A stretch of DNA of 37,318 nucleotides, from assembly GCA_002067975.1 (NCBI GenBank), contig MVRS01000239.1:1-37318 (forward strand), written 5' to 3'. Position 1 is the first letter of the stretch. Each line of letters opens with the position of its first letter. Of the stretch, positions 26,878 through 35,601 are shown one piece after another. A program made the translations under genes and the position numbers. Below the pieces are notes generated by a model. The model saw only the letters and a program-made list of their open reading frames with translations. It did no database searches and was not told where the DNA came from. The stretch is from Syntrophorhabdus sp. PtaU1.Bin058 (GTDB lineage Bacteria; Desulfobacterota; Syntrophorhabdia; Syntrophorhabdales; Syntrophorhabdaceae).

Positions 26878-28581
26878 CTAAAGCCTGTGCATAATATTCA
26901 CGATCAAAGAGCCCCAAATGGTCAGCACCACGTTTGCTACCGCGTAAGGGGCTGCATATCCGAGAACAGGCGTAAAGCTGCCCGCCTGTTCCTGCAGCAC
27001 AAGGAGCGCAGCGGTAATATTTCGCGAGCCTGCCAGCGAGCCGAGTATAAGAACCGGATTCAATTTCAGCACCACCTTTGCAAAGATCAGGCCCACCAGC
27101 ACCGGAATTATCGTGAGCAGAACACCGGCAAAAAAGACCGAGACCCCCGTCGTCTTCAACGCCGCCAGTGCCTGGCTGCCGGCACCCAGTCCGACGCAGG
27201 CGATGAAGAGGTTTAATCCCAGGTTCTGGAGGATCCACCGGCTTGCCGATGGGATCTGCCCGTAGGTGGGATGCAGGGTACGTACCCATCCGAATATAAG
27301 TCCGGAAACCAGGACCCCTCCGCCGACCCCGAGCGTAATAGAGATGCCGCCGACATTGACCACCAGCAGACCGATCAGTGTGCCGATCACGCACCCTCCG
27401 CCGACTACGATCATATCGGTTACATCCGTAGGGCGTTCGGGATATCCGAGCCTTTTAACGGCACGTTCCACATCCGTTTTTGCACCTGCCAACTGGATAA
27501 TATCGCAGTGCTCGATTATTGTTCCGGGAAGAATCGGCACCGCATTGCCCTGTCTCGTAATCCTGCGGAGAAACAGACCGTGAGATTCCTCCCGTTTCGC
27601 CAGCTCGGCTATGGTTTTCCCGACAGCCTCCCTGTTGAGCACGCAGACATCCATTACCTCGCCGACAATATCCACCATACCCTTGATGTCCTGTTCCGGG
27701 CCGATCAGGTCGGACGCCGCTATCATATTCGTCCGGAACGAGCTTCCTATAACGAGGATGTCGCCCGGCCTGACAAGGAGATCGGGCTGGGGCGCCAGGG
27801 GTTGCCCGTCTCTTCGAACGGCTTCGACATATGCCAGATGCTCGAACATGCCTTCGACATCCTTGAGCGTTTTTCCGACAACCTTTTCATTTTTCACGAG
27901 GTATGCGCGCAGGGACAACTGTCTGGTCCACAAAAACAGTTCCGGGCTTTTGTCGAGGTCGTCTTCTCCCCCTGAATAACTTTCTTCGAGCTTCTTCGCT
28001 TCCGCCTTCAGATCAATGCCGATTATCCGGGGCAGCAAAGAGAACATGAGAATGCCGCCTACTGTCCCGAAGACATACGTGATGCCGTACGCGACGGCAA
28101 CATTCGTTTCCATGGCAACCTTGGCTGCATCGGACAATGCCGGCAGATGGGCAATAGCACCTTCGGCCGTCCCTATCGCAGACGATGTAGTCAGGGCGCC
28201 GGCCAGCAGCCCTGCCGTGGTGCCGGGGTCGAAAGAGAAGAGTTTGCCGAGCCCGAGGACGGTGACCAGCGCCGCCACTGCTACAACCAGGGCAACCCAG
28301 ATGTAGCTTAAGCCCTGTTTCTTCAATGCCCCGAAAAACTGGGGTCCCACACTATAGCCGATACAGAATACAAACAAGGCAAAACTGACGGTTTTCAACA
28401 GGGCCGGGACCTTAACACCGGGGATCTGTCCGAGGGCGAGGGCAACAAGCAGGACCGACGCGGTGGACCCCAGACTAAATCCTTTAAACCTGAGCTTGCC
28501 GATGTAATAGCCGGCAGCGAGCGACAGAAACAGCAGCATCTCAGGTTGTTTACGGCAAATCTCCAAAATATCATTCATCAT
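26878..28581 (-). CDS. AAE-family exchanger (YidE/YbjL/AspT-like putative aspartate:alanine antiporter) with central tandem TrkA-C (RCK_C) domains
   Basis: 567 aa. Two homologous 5-6 TM halves (GQIPGVKVPA..., GLNLFIACVGLGAGS) separated by two RCK_C-like cytoplasmic domains. Immediately downstream of asdA. Confidence 0.85.
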   Translation of the reverse strand: MMNDILEICRKQPEMLLFLSLAAGYYIGKLRFKGFSLGSTASVLLVALALGQIPGVKVPALLKTVSFALFVFCIGYSVGPQFFGALKKQGLSYIWVALVVAVAALVTVLGLGKLFSFDPGTTAGLLAGALTTSSAIGTAEGAIAHLPALSDAAKVAMETNVAVAYGITYVFGTVGGILMFSLLPRIIGIDLKAEAKKLEESYSGGEDDLDKSPELFLWTRQLSLRAYLVKNEKVVGKTLKDVEGMFEHLAYVEAVRRDGQPLAPQPDLLVRPGDILVIGSSFRTNMIAASDLIGPEQDIKGMVDIVGEVMDVCVLNREAVGKTIAELAKREESHGLFLRRITRQGNAVPILPGTIIEHCDIIQLAGAKTDVERAVKRLGYPERPTDVTDMIVVGGGCVIGTLIGLLVVNVGGISITLGVGGGVLVSGLIFGWVRTLHPTYGQIPSASRWILQNLGLNLFIACVGLGAGSQALAALKTTGVSVFFAGVLLTIIPVLVGLIFAKVVLKLNPVLILGSLAGSRNITAALLVLQEQAGSFTPVLGYAAPYAVANVVLTIWGSLIVNIMHRL

Positions 28582-28592
28582 AAATCCCCCGG

Positions 28593-30188
28593 TTATTTAC
28601 CGGATCTCTTCCAGGTGTCATAATATTCGGCGAGCAGTTCGCTGATCGCCTTACCTATTTTCGTATAATCATTCTTGAAGAGGTTCGCGAGAGAAACACG
28701 GACAGACATCTCCGGTGCCGCAAAACCGCCGCCGTCCATCAGGACAACGCCCTTTTTATCGGCAAGGTTCCAAACGAAATCAATCGGTTCGTACGCTGAT
28801 TCGAGCCACAGCACAAAGTCTTTTCCGAACCGCCTTTCGGCAAGTCGCGGGATGTCGATCGTCGTATAATACATGGCGTAGCAGGGCAATTCCGGCGCCT
28901 CGATGTTGATCGATTTATAGAGCGCCTCATAGCGTTCTCTCACGATGTCCTGCACCTCTTTCCTGTAAAGGTGGCTGTCGGAGTCGAGGAGTTCCTGAAA
29001 CGCAAACAGAACCATCATCACCTGCTGCGGCGTCGAGAGACCGGCGGTATGGTTCAGTGCGACCGCACGGCTGTCTGCTACCAAGCGGTCAATGAGCTTG
29101 ATGTTGTCCGGATCGGGTGAGATGGATTCATAGCGCCTATGCATGCTCCTGCGTTTGTCGCGGGGAAGACCCGCAATCATCCTGTCCATTACGTTGTCCC
29201 GGTATATCCCTATGACTCCCAGCCTCCAGCCGGTAGCTCCGAAATACTTGGAGAACGAGTAGACCAGGATGGTGTTTTCAGGGGCGATGGTCGCCAGAGA
29301 TTTAAAGCCGTTCACGAACGTCCCGTAAACATCGTCCGTAAGTATTATAAGGTCCTTTCTGCGGGTTTGAACCAGGTCCGCGATCTTTTCGAGAGATTCC
29401 CTTGCGACACTGGTAGAGGGCGGATTTGACGGATTGACGACAAAGAAGGCCTTCACGGACGGATCGCTCAGCTTATCGAGTTCCGAATCGGGATACTGCC
29501 AGTTGTTGTTCTCATCCATCCTGATATCCAGGACTACCAGCTCATAATCGTTAAGGGTGGGGATTTCCAGATAGGGCGTAAAGATCGGTGTGCCGAGGGC
29601 GATCTTATCCCCGGGATTAATGAGGAAATTTTCCTTCAGCGTATTAAAAATGTATGTCATCGCCGCAGTCCCTCCCTCTACCGCGAAGATGTCCATAGTC
29701 CCTTCCGGCGGTTCGCCGTTGCACATTGTGTTATCAAGATAGGCGCGGAGGATCTCCTCGGTGTTCTTTAGCACGCGGTCCGGAGTGGGATAGTAATCGC
29801 CGAGTATACCGTCAACCATCTCTACTACGAAGGAGTCACCCTGGAGCCCGAGTGTTTCTGTAGCATATTTGTATGAATCTGCAAGAAATTGCGAACCGAT
29901 TAATTCGGAGTGGTTGCGGCAGAAGTCGAGCAGGCGTCCCCCGATGCCCTTTGATTCGGGAGTGCCGGCTATCCCGGGGCGGCTCAGGACCAGATGCGCC
30001 TCTTCAAGGGCGAAGGTGCCCAGCAGAAAAAAGGCATATCTCGGAATTGTCGCGACCCAGTTCGGATTTCCCCTCCCCGCATTCAACATCATCCGCTCCG
30101 GATCTGAGCCTGCCATTTCGATCAGCTTGTTCTTCAGTTCAAAAGGGCTTAATCCTTCATAACGTTTCTCTTCCGTCGTTTTTGCCAT
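28593..30188 (-). CDS. asdA: Aspartate 4-decarboxylase (L-aspartate beta-decarboxylase), PLP-dependent
   Basis: 531 aa. Near-colinear with known AsdA motifs: LSPFELKNKLIEMAGSD...MLNAGRGNPNW, VEGGTAAMTYIFNTLKEN, NWQYPDSELDKL, VVNPSNPPS, TDDVYGTF, YSFSKYFGATGWRLGV, DRLVADSRAVALNHTAGLSTPQQV. Confidence 0.9.
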   Translation of the reverse strand: MAKTTEEKRYEGLSPFELKNKLIEMAGSDPERMMLNAGRGNPNWVATIPRYAFFLLGTFALEEAHLVLSRPGIAGTPESKGIGGRLLDFCRNHSELIGSQFLADSYKYATETLGLQGDSFVVEMVDGILGDYYPTPDRVLKNTEEILRAYLDNTMCNGEPPEGTMDIFAVEGGTAAMTYIFNTLKENFLINPGDKIALGTPIFTPYLEIPTLNDYELVVLDIRMDENNNWQYPDSELDKLSDPSVKAFFVVNPSNPPSTSVARESLEKIADLVQTRRKDLIILTDDVYGTFVNGFKSLATIAPENTILVYSFSKYFGATGWRLGVIGIYRDNVMDRMIAGLPRDKRRSMHRRYESISPDPDNIKLIDRLVADSRAVALNHTAGLSTPQQVMMVLFAFQELLDSDSHLYRKEVQDIVRERYEALYKSINIEAPELPCYAMYYTTIDIPRLAERRFGKDFVLWLESAYEPIDFVWNLADKKGVVLMDGGGFAAPEMSVRVSLANLFKNDYTKIGKAISELLAEYYDTWKRSGK

Positions 30189-30459
30189 TTTACTGACCTC
30201 CGTTTTATTCTCTACTAAGCCTTTTGATCTTTCAAGGCTTCCAGGAGATAGAGATATTGCTTCATCGCTTCCTGTTTCCTCCGCATGAAATATTAATCAG
30301 TATTGCTGCAGAACCAGCCTCGTTCGCAGGCCCGCTCTTTCATGTCCTGATGCGTTCCTGATCGTCTGTTGAACTCACCAACGAGCTGTTGTAAATGTTG
30401 TTATAAGATCATTGTTATCCAATTCCGATCTAATTTCAAGGATAAAATCTCTGACGGGA

Positions 30460-30615
30460 ACAAAGATCGCCTCCGGCAACACGGCGCAGGCAAAGGCGCT
30501 GAGCAGCGAAAGGACGGCGGTGAACATCCTCGCCCGCCGGATGAACACCGGTGTTCTCCTCATCAAAGCGCTTGGCGGAGGCCGGGAAAGAAAGGGTGAA
30601 AAAGAAAAACGTTAG
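30460..30615 (+). pseudogene. Diverged remnant of the 3' end of an efflux outer-membrane-factor gene (paralogous to the OMF gene ending at 19956)
   Basis: About 85% nt identity to 19820-19956. Encodes ...SERTAVNILARRMNTGVLLIKALGGGRERKGEKEKR* versus intact ...SERTALNILARRMTASVLLIKALGGGWEKNSEKEKQ*. No upstream OMF body. Confidence 0.65.
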
Positions 30616-30647
30616 CAGGTCAGGCATTACACGCCGGCGAACTATGT

Positions 30648-30869
30648 TCACCACCAATACCAATACCTTATCGCTTTTCGCCAGAAATTGTCTCCGTATC
30701 TCATGGCGAGAAAACCGCATACCACGGCGCCCACAAGACAGGGTATGATCCAGGACAGGTGGCCTAAGAAAAACCTGAAGAAAACAATAATACCGAGACC
30801 GATCCCCAGGAGGCTACCGCAACCGAACCGGATCCCTTTCTCTAATCTGTCAGGCCGCATCTCGTCCAA
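30648..30869 (-). CDS. Hypothetical small membrane protein (73 aa, 2 predicted TM helices)
   Basis: Hydrophobic segments LLGIGLGIIVFF and IIPCLVGAVVCGFLA. Downstream of the methyltransferase on the same strand. No homology recognised. Confidence 0.3.
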   Translation of the reverse strand: MDEMRPDRLEKGIRFGCGSLLGIGLGIIVFFRFFLGHLSWIIPCLVGAVVCGFLAMRYGDNFWRKAIRYWYWW

Positions 30870-30950
30870 GCGGGAACTCCTTTATGATTGATAACGGTAT
30901 AGATTGCGGGCGGCTGCAAATTATCCTCTGCATCCTTTTATCCGGCTCCT

Positions 30951-31616
30951 TTATTTTGGTCGGATGTAGGCTGCCCTGAACCTGCGCACCGGCGGCTCTT
31001 CTTTGTCGATGTAATCTTCAAACGATATCTCGTTTAGCCCGCGGGTCAGGAAGAGCGACAGTTCTTGCTTTGTAACCGGCCACGGCATCTCCCCTTCGGG
31101 CTCATCCGGTTCCCTCCCCCGGGCAATGACGAGCAGCGTACCGCCGGGGGCCACGAATGATGCTATGCGTCGCACCGTCTCGGCCCGGAGATATTGCGGG
31201 AGCACCTGAAGGGTGTACGATTCAAGCACAAAAGAGAACCTGCCCTGCCAGTCATTCGGCGCAGAGAACAGATCCGCAACGACATAGGACACGGAGGACT
31301 TTGGGAAACGCGCCTTGGCCCGTGCAATGGCCGATTCCGAGATATCGAATGCCGTTGTTTGAAGTCCCGTTCGCGCCATCTCCTCCGCATCATCACCCAG
31401 ACCGCTTCCGACCTTGAGCGCAGGCCCCGATACAACGGATCCGTTTTGTCTCAGCCATTCGACAAGGCTGGGATTCGGCTTCAGGTCGGCCCAGGGAATG
31501 ATCGAGCTGTCTTCGCCTGCCAGCAAGTAAAGGTCTTCAAACCAGCCAAGGGGGTCGCCTGCTTCAAGGTGCCTGTGTGCGAGTTCCCTGGCCGTTGTCC
31601 TGTCTCTTCCGTTCAA
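30951..31616 (-). CDS. Class I SAM-dependent methyltransferase (small-molecule MTase-like)
   Basis: 221 aa. Rossmann motif I-like VVSGPALKVGSGLGDDAEEMA and post-I acidic residue FDISE. 25 bp downstream of the flotillin-like gene. Confidence 0.6.
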   Translation of the reverse strand: MNGRDRTTARELAHRHLEAGDPLGWFEDLYLLAGEDSSIIPWADLKPNPSLVEWLRQNGSVVSGPALKVGSGLGDDAEEMARTGLQTTAFDISESAIARAKARFPKSSVSYVVADLFSAPNDWQGRFSFVLESYTLQVLPQYLRAETVRRIASFVAPGGTLLVIARGREPDEPEGEMPWPVTKQELSLFLTRGLNEISFEDYIDKEEPPVRRFRAAYIRPK

Positions 31617-31641
31617 TGATACCTCCTGACCCCTTCACCTC

Positions 31642-33735
31642 TCACGTCTGCGCGTCTTTCGGCGCGTCCGATCCCTGCCCGGAAGATTCCGGGGTCCTGG
31701 GCGGCACTGTAATGATGCTGGTCAAAAAGGCGGACAGGAGCCCCCCTATGTTATCACCGCCCTGAACAAGAAAATCGGGTGTCACCTTCACGTTCCCCGA
31801 CGCGATCTGTTTGGCAATCTCGATTGCCGTGACCCCTTGCTGTCCGACGGCCTTGTTCTGAAGTTCATAGGCCTTTGCCGTCGATTCGCCGATGGCGAGG
31901 ATCCGCGACCCTTCCGCCTCGCCTTTTGCCTTAATACCCCTTGCCTCGCCCTCTGCCCTCAAACGAATGCTCTCGGCCTCCCCTTCGGCAAACCTGATCG
32001 CCTTCTGCTTGTTCTGCTCGGCTATCTTTACGCCGATCTCTGCCTCTACGAGGTTCTTCTGCTGGTCGGCCTCCGAGCGGGTCTTCTCGGTGGCTATCCT
32101 CGTCTGCTCGGCCCGCTGCTGTTCCTCGTACATGGCTTGCTGCTGCTGGGCGATAATCTTCTTGGTCTGGGTGTCCATGAGGTCCTGAGGCAGGTTGATC
32201 TGGCATATGAGCACCGACACGCATTCGACGTGGTATTTCTCCAGTTCCGCCTTCGCCCTCTCCTCCGCCTTCCGCTGCTCTTCCTGGCGGTCCTGCATGA
32301 AGTTCATGGCAGACGTGGAAGACGCCTGATTGCGGAAGCTGGAGTCGATCATGGGGTGGATCACATGAAGGATAAGGTTTTCGATGGAGCCTATCTTGGC
32401 TACCATATAAGGCGCCTGGTCCGGCCTCACCCGGATGACCACCTTCACGGAGACGCTGATGGCGAAACCGTCTCTCGATATGACCTTGAGCGGATCGAAA
32501 CGCGTCTCCTTCGAATCATCCCAGTCTATGGTAATGTTCGTGGTGTCTACGATATAGACAAGATAGGCGAGGCGGTTCAGGTAGTAAACCCCCGGGCCGG
32601 CCACCTCCTGTTGAATCCCCCGGAAACCCTTGGGGACCACGTAGCGCTCGATGCCGGCGTCATATCGTTTTTCTATTGCACTGTATGCGTCGCTGCCGGG
32701 CATTGCGCCTTCCTGTTTTGCTATCTCCTCGATGACCCTCCGTATCTGTATCGGTTCCTCTCCCACGTTCGAAACAACGACGGCCACCTGGCCGCGCTCG
32801 ACCACTGCCACATCATCGAGTTCGATCTTGAAGATCATCGGGTTGATATAGTAGGTGCCCGGCCTCAGCACATCGAATTGGGGACCGCGCTGGCCCCCGG
32901 CAAATAGGAATTTGGACGCGTCCTGGAAGTCGTTATGGCCGGACACGGGCTTGGCCACGTATTCACCTTCGGGCAGGGGTTCACCGTCCAAAGCGGTTAT
33001 GAGGCCGACCTTGCCCGCGGGCACGACTGTGGCATCTTTGATCTCTATGTGGAACAGGTCGGTATTGATACGATAGGTGCCGGGAAGGAGTATCTCTATC
33101 TGGGGCCCCTTCTGACCGCCATTGGCCAGAAAGATCTCGCCATTTTCGAAATTCGAATGACCCTCCACCTTTTTCCCCAACAAACGGCCGGGAGGGATCG
33201 GACTGCCGTCCATAGAGGTGATAATCCCTATCCTGCCTTTCTCAATGATCAGGGCAGACTCCTTTCTCGTGTGGAAAAGGATAGGATTGATGCGGTACGT
33301 GCCTGGAGGGAGTATCTCTATCTGGGGCCCCTTCTGGCCGTTGTTTTTCAGAAAAGTGCCGCCGTCCTGGAATGAATTATGTCCTTCCACGACCCTTGCG
33401 AATATCTTTCCCGGCGGAACCGGGTCGCCGTCGATCGATTCTATTACCCCCACTTCGTTCTCCGCGATGGAGGTGAACGGGTATTTCCTGGGTAGATACA
33501 GAAAGGGGATGAGAAGGTGCAGGCCCGGCCCAAGGGTACGCGCCTGGATGCCTACTTCATTGGGCTGCGCGATAACACGCCCCTGGGGCATTGCCCTGCC
33601 GAGATACTTCCGTTCTATGACAGCAAGCTCGGTCCCACGGACCAATACGATGGATTTCCGCACAAAAAACAGCAGCACTACCACCCCCAGGACATAAAGC
33701 CAGTGCGAGAAAACAAAGGAAAACAATCCATCCAT
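31642..33735 (-). CDS. Flotillin-like SPFH/band-7 protein (YqiK-like) with N-terminal TM anchor, 3-4 internal tandem repeats and C-terminal EA-rich coiled coil
   Basis: 697 aa. TM helix, then SPFH N-segment (LGPGLHLLIPF), then three about 75-aa repeats each ending ...GGQKGPQIEILPPGTYRINP..., then the SPFH remainder and a flotillin-type coiled coil (AEGEARGIKAKGEAEGSRILAIGES). Strong RBS AAGGAGGT. Confidence 0.8.
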   Translation of the reverse strand: MDGLFSFVFSHWLYVLGVVVLLFFVRKSIVLVRGTELAVIERKYLGRAMPQGRVIAQPNEVGIQARTLGPGLHLLIPFLYLPRKYPFTSIAENEVGVIESIDGDPVPPGKIFARVVEGHNSFQDGGTFLKNNGQKGPQIEILPPGTYRINPILFHTRKESALIIEKGRIGIITSMDGSPIPPGRLLGKKVEGHSNFENGEIFLANGGQKGPQIEILLPGTYRINTDLFHIEIKDATVVPAGKVGLITALDGEPLPEGEYVAKPVSGHNDFQDASKFLFAGGQRGPQFDVLRPGTYYINPMIFKIELDDVAVVERGQVAVVVSNVGEEPIQIRRVIEEIAKQEGAMPGSDAYSAIEKRYDAGIERYVVPKGFRGIQQEVAGPGVYYLNRLAYLVYIVDTTNITIDWDDSKETRFDPLKVISRDGFAISVSVKVVIRVRPDQAPYMVAKIGSIENLILHVIHPMIDSSFRNQASSTSAMNFMQDRQEEQRKAEERAKAELEKYHVECVSVLICQINLPQDLMDTQTKKIIAQQQQAMYEEQQRAEQTRIATEKTRSEADQQKNLVEAEIGVKIAEQNKQKAIRFAEGEAESIRLRAEGEARGIKAKGEAEGSRILAIGESTAKAYELQNKAVGQQGVTAIEIAKQIASGNVKVTPDFLVQGGDNIGGLLSAFLTSIITVPPRTPESSGQGSDAPKDAQT

Positions 33736-34087
33736 GTCTTAACCTCCTTTTTTAGGTCTTGCGAACTTTTTTTATTATTATTTAACGGCCCATCATATCC
33801 TTCTTTGCTTGATACACGACTACCGGGGGTTGTATTTACCGGCAGAGACGCGCGATACGGCCGCACTACCTCGTTGGGTGTCTTTCCGTCACCTCTCTGA
33901 CCGGACAAAGTTTTCACTGAGTCGGATGGAATGCGCTGTTGATTGATCCCCCACGTATCCGCCCCGCCTTAATCTTCCTCCAAAAGCCATAAAAATGCAA
34001 TGAAATTTTATCGAGGTGTCGACAGGTTAATTCATCCCCCTGTTTTGCCGATTGGCAGGGGTGATCGGTTGGTCCCTTTGACCGGTT

Positions 34088-34113
34088 TCTTTGGCTGGCG
34101 TCTTTGGCTGGCG
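34088..34113. repeat. 13-bp tandem direct repeat TCTTTGGCTGGCG x2 immediately 3' of the methyltransferase stop
   Basis: Read directly. Confidence 0.5.
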
Positions 34114-34115
34114 TC

Positions 34116-34970
34116 TTATACGGTGGCGCACATTATGTGCGATAAGCTCCCGACCCTGAGGCCGTCTTTCCTGTCCTTGAAGTACCTTTCATTGATCTCT
34201 TCCTGCCCATTGTCCACGGCATATCCGAAACCCATCGCTTGCAGGTCTCCTGTCAGCAATCCGGGATCGAAGAATGTATGCCACGGCTCCCCTATCGATG
34301 CCACATGCCTTGCAATGGCGTCAAAGCGTGACCGTTGGGCAGGGGTCAGCAAAGACGGGGAGAGCATATAGTCAAAAACTACTCCGCTCCCCGCCGGCAT
34401 CGACGCAATGAAACGCAATATCCTCATCACCGCCTCGAAAGACAGGTATTCTGTCGCGCCGAGCCATGAAAAGAACGTACATTTTCCCTGCTCGTACCCT
34501 GCGTCCAGAAGGCCTTCTGCAAGCGTCTGCCTTTCGAAGTCTACACCCGCAAATGTGAGACTGCCCGGAAGGGCGATATTGGCCTCTTCCAGGCGTGTTC
34601 GCTTCCACGCCTGCGTCCCCGGGTGGTCGACCTCGAACACGCGCAGGACGTCATGAGGATAGGGGTTCCTGTAGGCGAACGTGTCGAGACCTGCTCCCAG
34701 GATGACATACTGGCATACACCGCGGCGAATGCCGGCGGCGAGCTCATCCTCGGCATAACGACTGCGTGCCGCCACAAAGGCCCGGAGGTAAGGCGACAGA
34801 GGACTTCCTTCAAACCGATGTGGTTCAGCCTGTAATGCCGAAGAATCTTCTTTCCCGATAATATGAAGCGCTACGGGGTCATTGAAGACCCTTGGGTCGT
34901 CAAGGAGTTGATGTGCTGCACGTTTCATTGCAGCACGCTGTGCCGTTGCGCTTGGCCGTAATTCTTCCAT
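34116..34970 (-). CDS. SAM-dependent methyltransferase of the TIGR00027 / leucine-carboxyl-methyltransferase-like family
   Basis: 284 aa. Conserved VILGAGLDTFAYR and VFEVDHP motifs. N-terminal pattern typical of the mycobacterial-type putative O-methyltransferase family. Confidence 0.75.
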   Translation of the reverse strand: MEELRPSATAQRAAMKRAAHQLLDDPRVFNDPVALHIIGKEDSSALQAEPHRFEGSPLSPYLRAFVAARSRYAEDELAAGIRRGVCQYVILGAGLDTFAYRNPYPHDVLRVFEVDHPGTQAWKRTRLEEANIALPGSLTFAGVDFERQTLAEGLLDAGYEQGKCTFFSWLGATEYLSFEAVMRILRFIASMPAGSGVVFDYMLSPSLLTPAQRSRFDAIARHVASIGEPWHTFFDPGLLTGDLQAMGFGYAVDNGQEEINERYFKDRKDGLRVGSLSHIMCATV

Positions 34971-35122
34971 CGGTATCTCCTTCTTTCAGTATACACAATA
35001 TTAATACAGTCATTCTATCGTACTCTCCATGGATGCGGGTTTCAAGGGCAGACTTCCTGCGTTCTTTTCGAAGGCCCCGGTGAACCCCGGGGCCTTCCTC
35101 GAACTCGTCCCGTATTATCCTG

Positions 35123-35380
35123 TCAGTCTGTTGATATGGCAGGACCTACGTACTTAACCCATTCGAAATCCAATGCCTTGCAGTCTGAGTCGTTTTGCAC
35201 TGCCGCTGTCCCGGTACCCGTTGGTGCGGGCTTAACATAGTTTGGATGGCTTGCAGGATAGACCGACGTATCAGCCGTATCGGCTGCCTCAACCCGCTCA
35301 TAAACCAGCCCTGCTGTCGCAACGGCGCCGAAGCCGACAATCAGTGCCATTACCAGAAGCTTCGAAATAAATCTTTTCAT
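35123..35380 (-). CDS. Small secreted protein of unknown function (85 aa, Sec signal peptide)
   Basis: MKRFISKLLVMALIVGFGAVATA signal peptide, AAGGAGGT RBS 7 nt upstream, one Cys in the mature part. Preceded by a sigma54-type promoter. Confidence 0.5.
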   Translation of the reverse strand: MKRFISKLLVMALIVGFGAVATAGLVYERVEAADTADTSVYPASHPNYVKPAPTGTGTAAVQNDSDCKALDFEWVKYVGPAISTD

Positions 35381-35422
35381 GATTACCTCCTTAATTCATT
35401 TATGTTGCTGTCAGATACCTAC

Positions 35423-35437
35423 GCAGAAATCGTGCCA
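35423..35437 (-). promoter_or_regulatory. Sigma54 (RpoN) -24/-12 promoter TGGCAC-gattt-CTGC on the minus strand, driving the small secreted-protein gene
   Basis: Minus-strand read of 35437..35423 is TGGCACGATTTCTGC. Perfect -24 element and correct GG-to-GC spacing. Predicted TSS near 35411, about 30 nt upstream of the ATG. Divergent from the bEBP gene. Confidence 0.5.
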
Positions 35438-35601
35438 TTCAAAATCATGCATAATATCAAGCAGATGGCTTTAGACGGTCGGACAAATTGCTAAATATAA
35501 CGAATTTTATTGCTCCCGTTCGCGGTTTAGTAGTATAATTGCGAAATATCGTAATAAGACAATCCCGGCATATTAAAAAGGATTGTCAACGCGAGGGTTC
35601 G

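Noticed and set aside
26554-27975. Plus- and minus-strand ORFs of 210-234 aa overlapping the AAE transporter gene
   Set aside because: The AAE/YidE-like frame has coherent TM and RCK_C architecture, and the alternatives are low-complexity shadow ORFs.
30412-30615. Treating the 67-aa ORF as a bona fide small gene
   Set aside because: Its C-terminal two thirds are a diverged copy of the OMF C-terminus and it lacks the OMF body, so it is better explained as a gene remnant. Expression cannot be excluded, and this is noted under findings.
31837-32907. 356-aa plus-strand ORF antisense to the flotillin-like gene
   Set aside because: Leu/Gly/Arg-rich antisense artefact. The flotillin frame has SPFH and coiled-coil signatures and a strong RBS.
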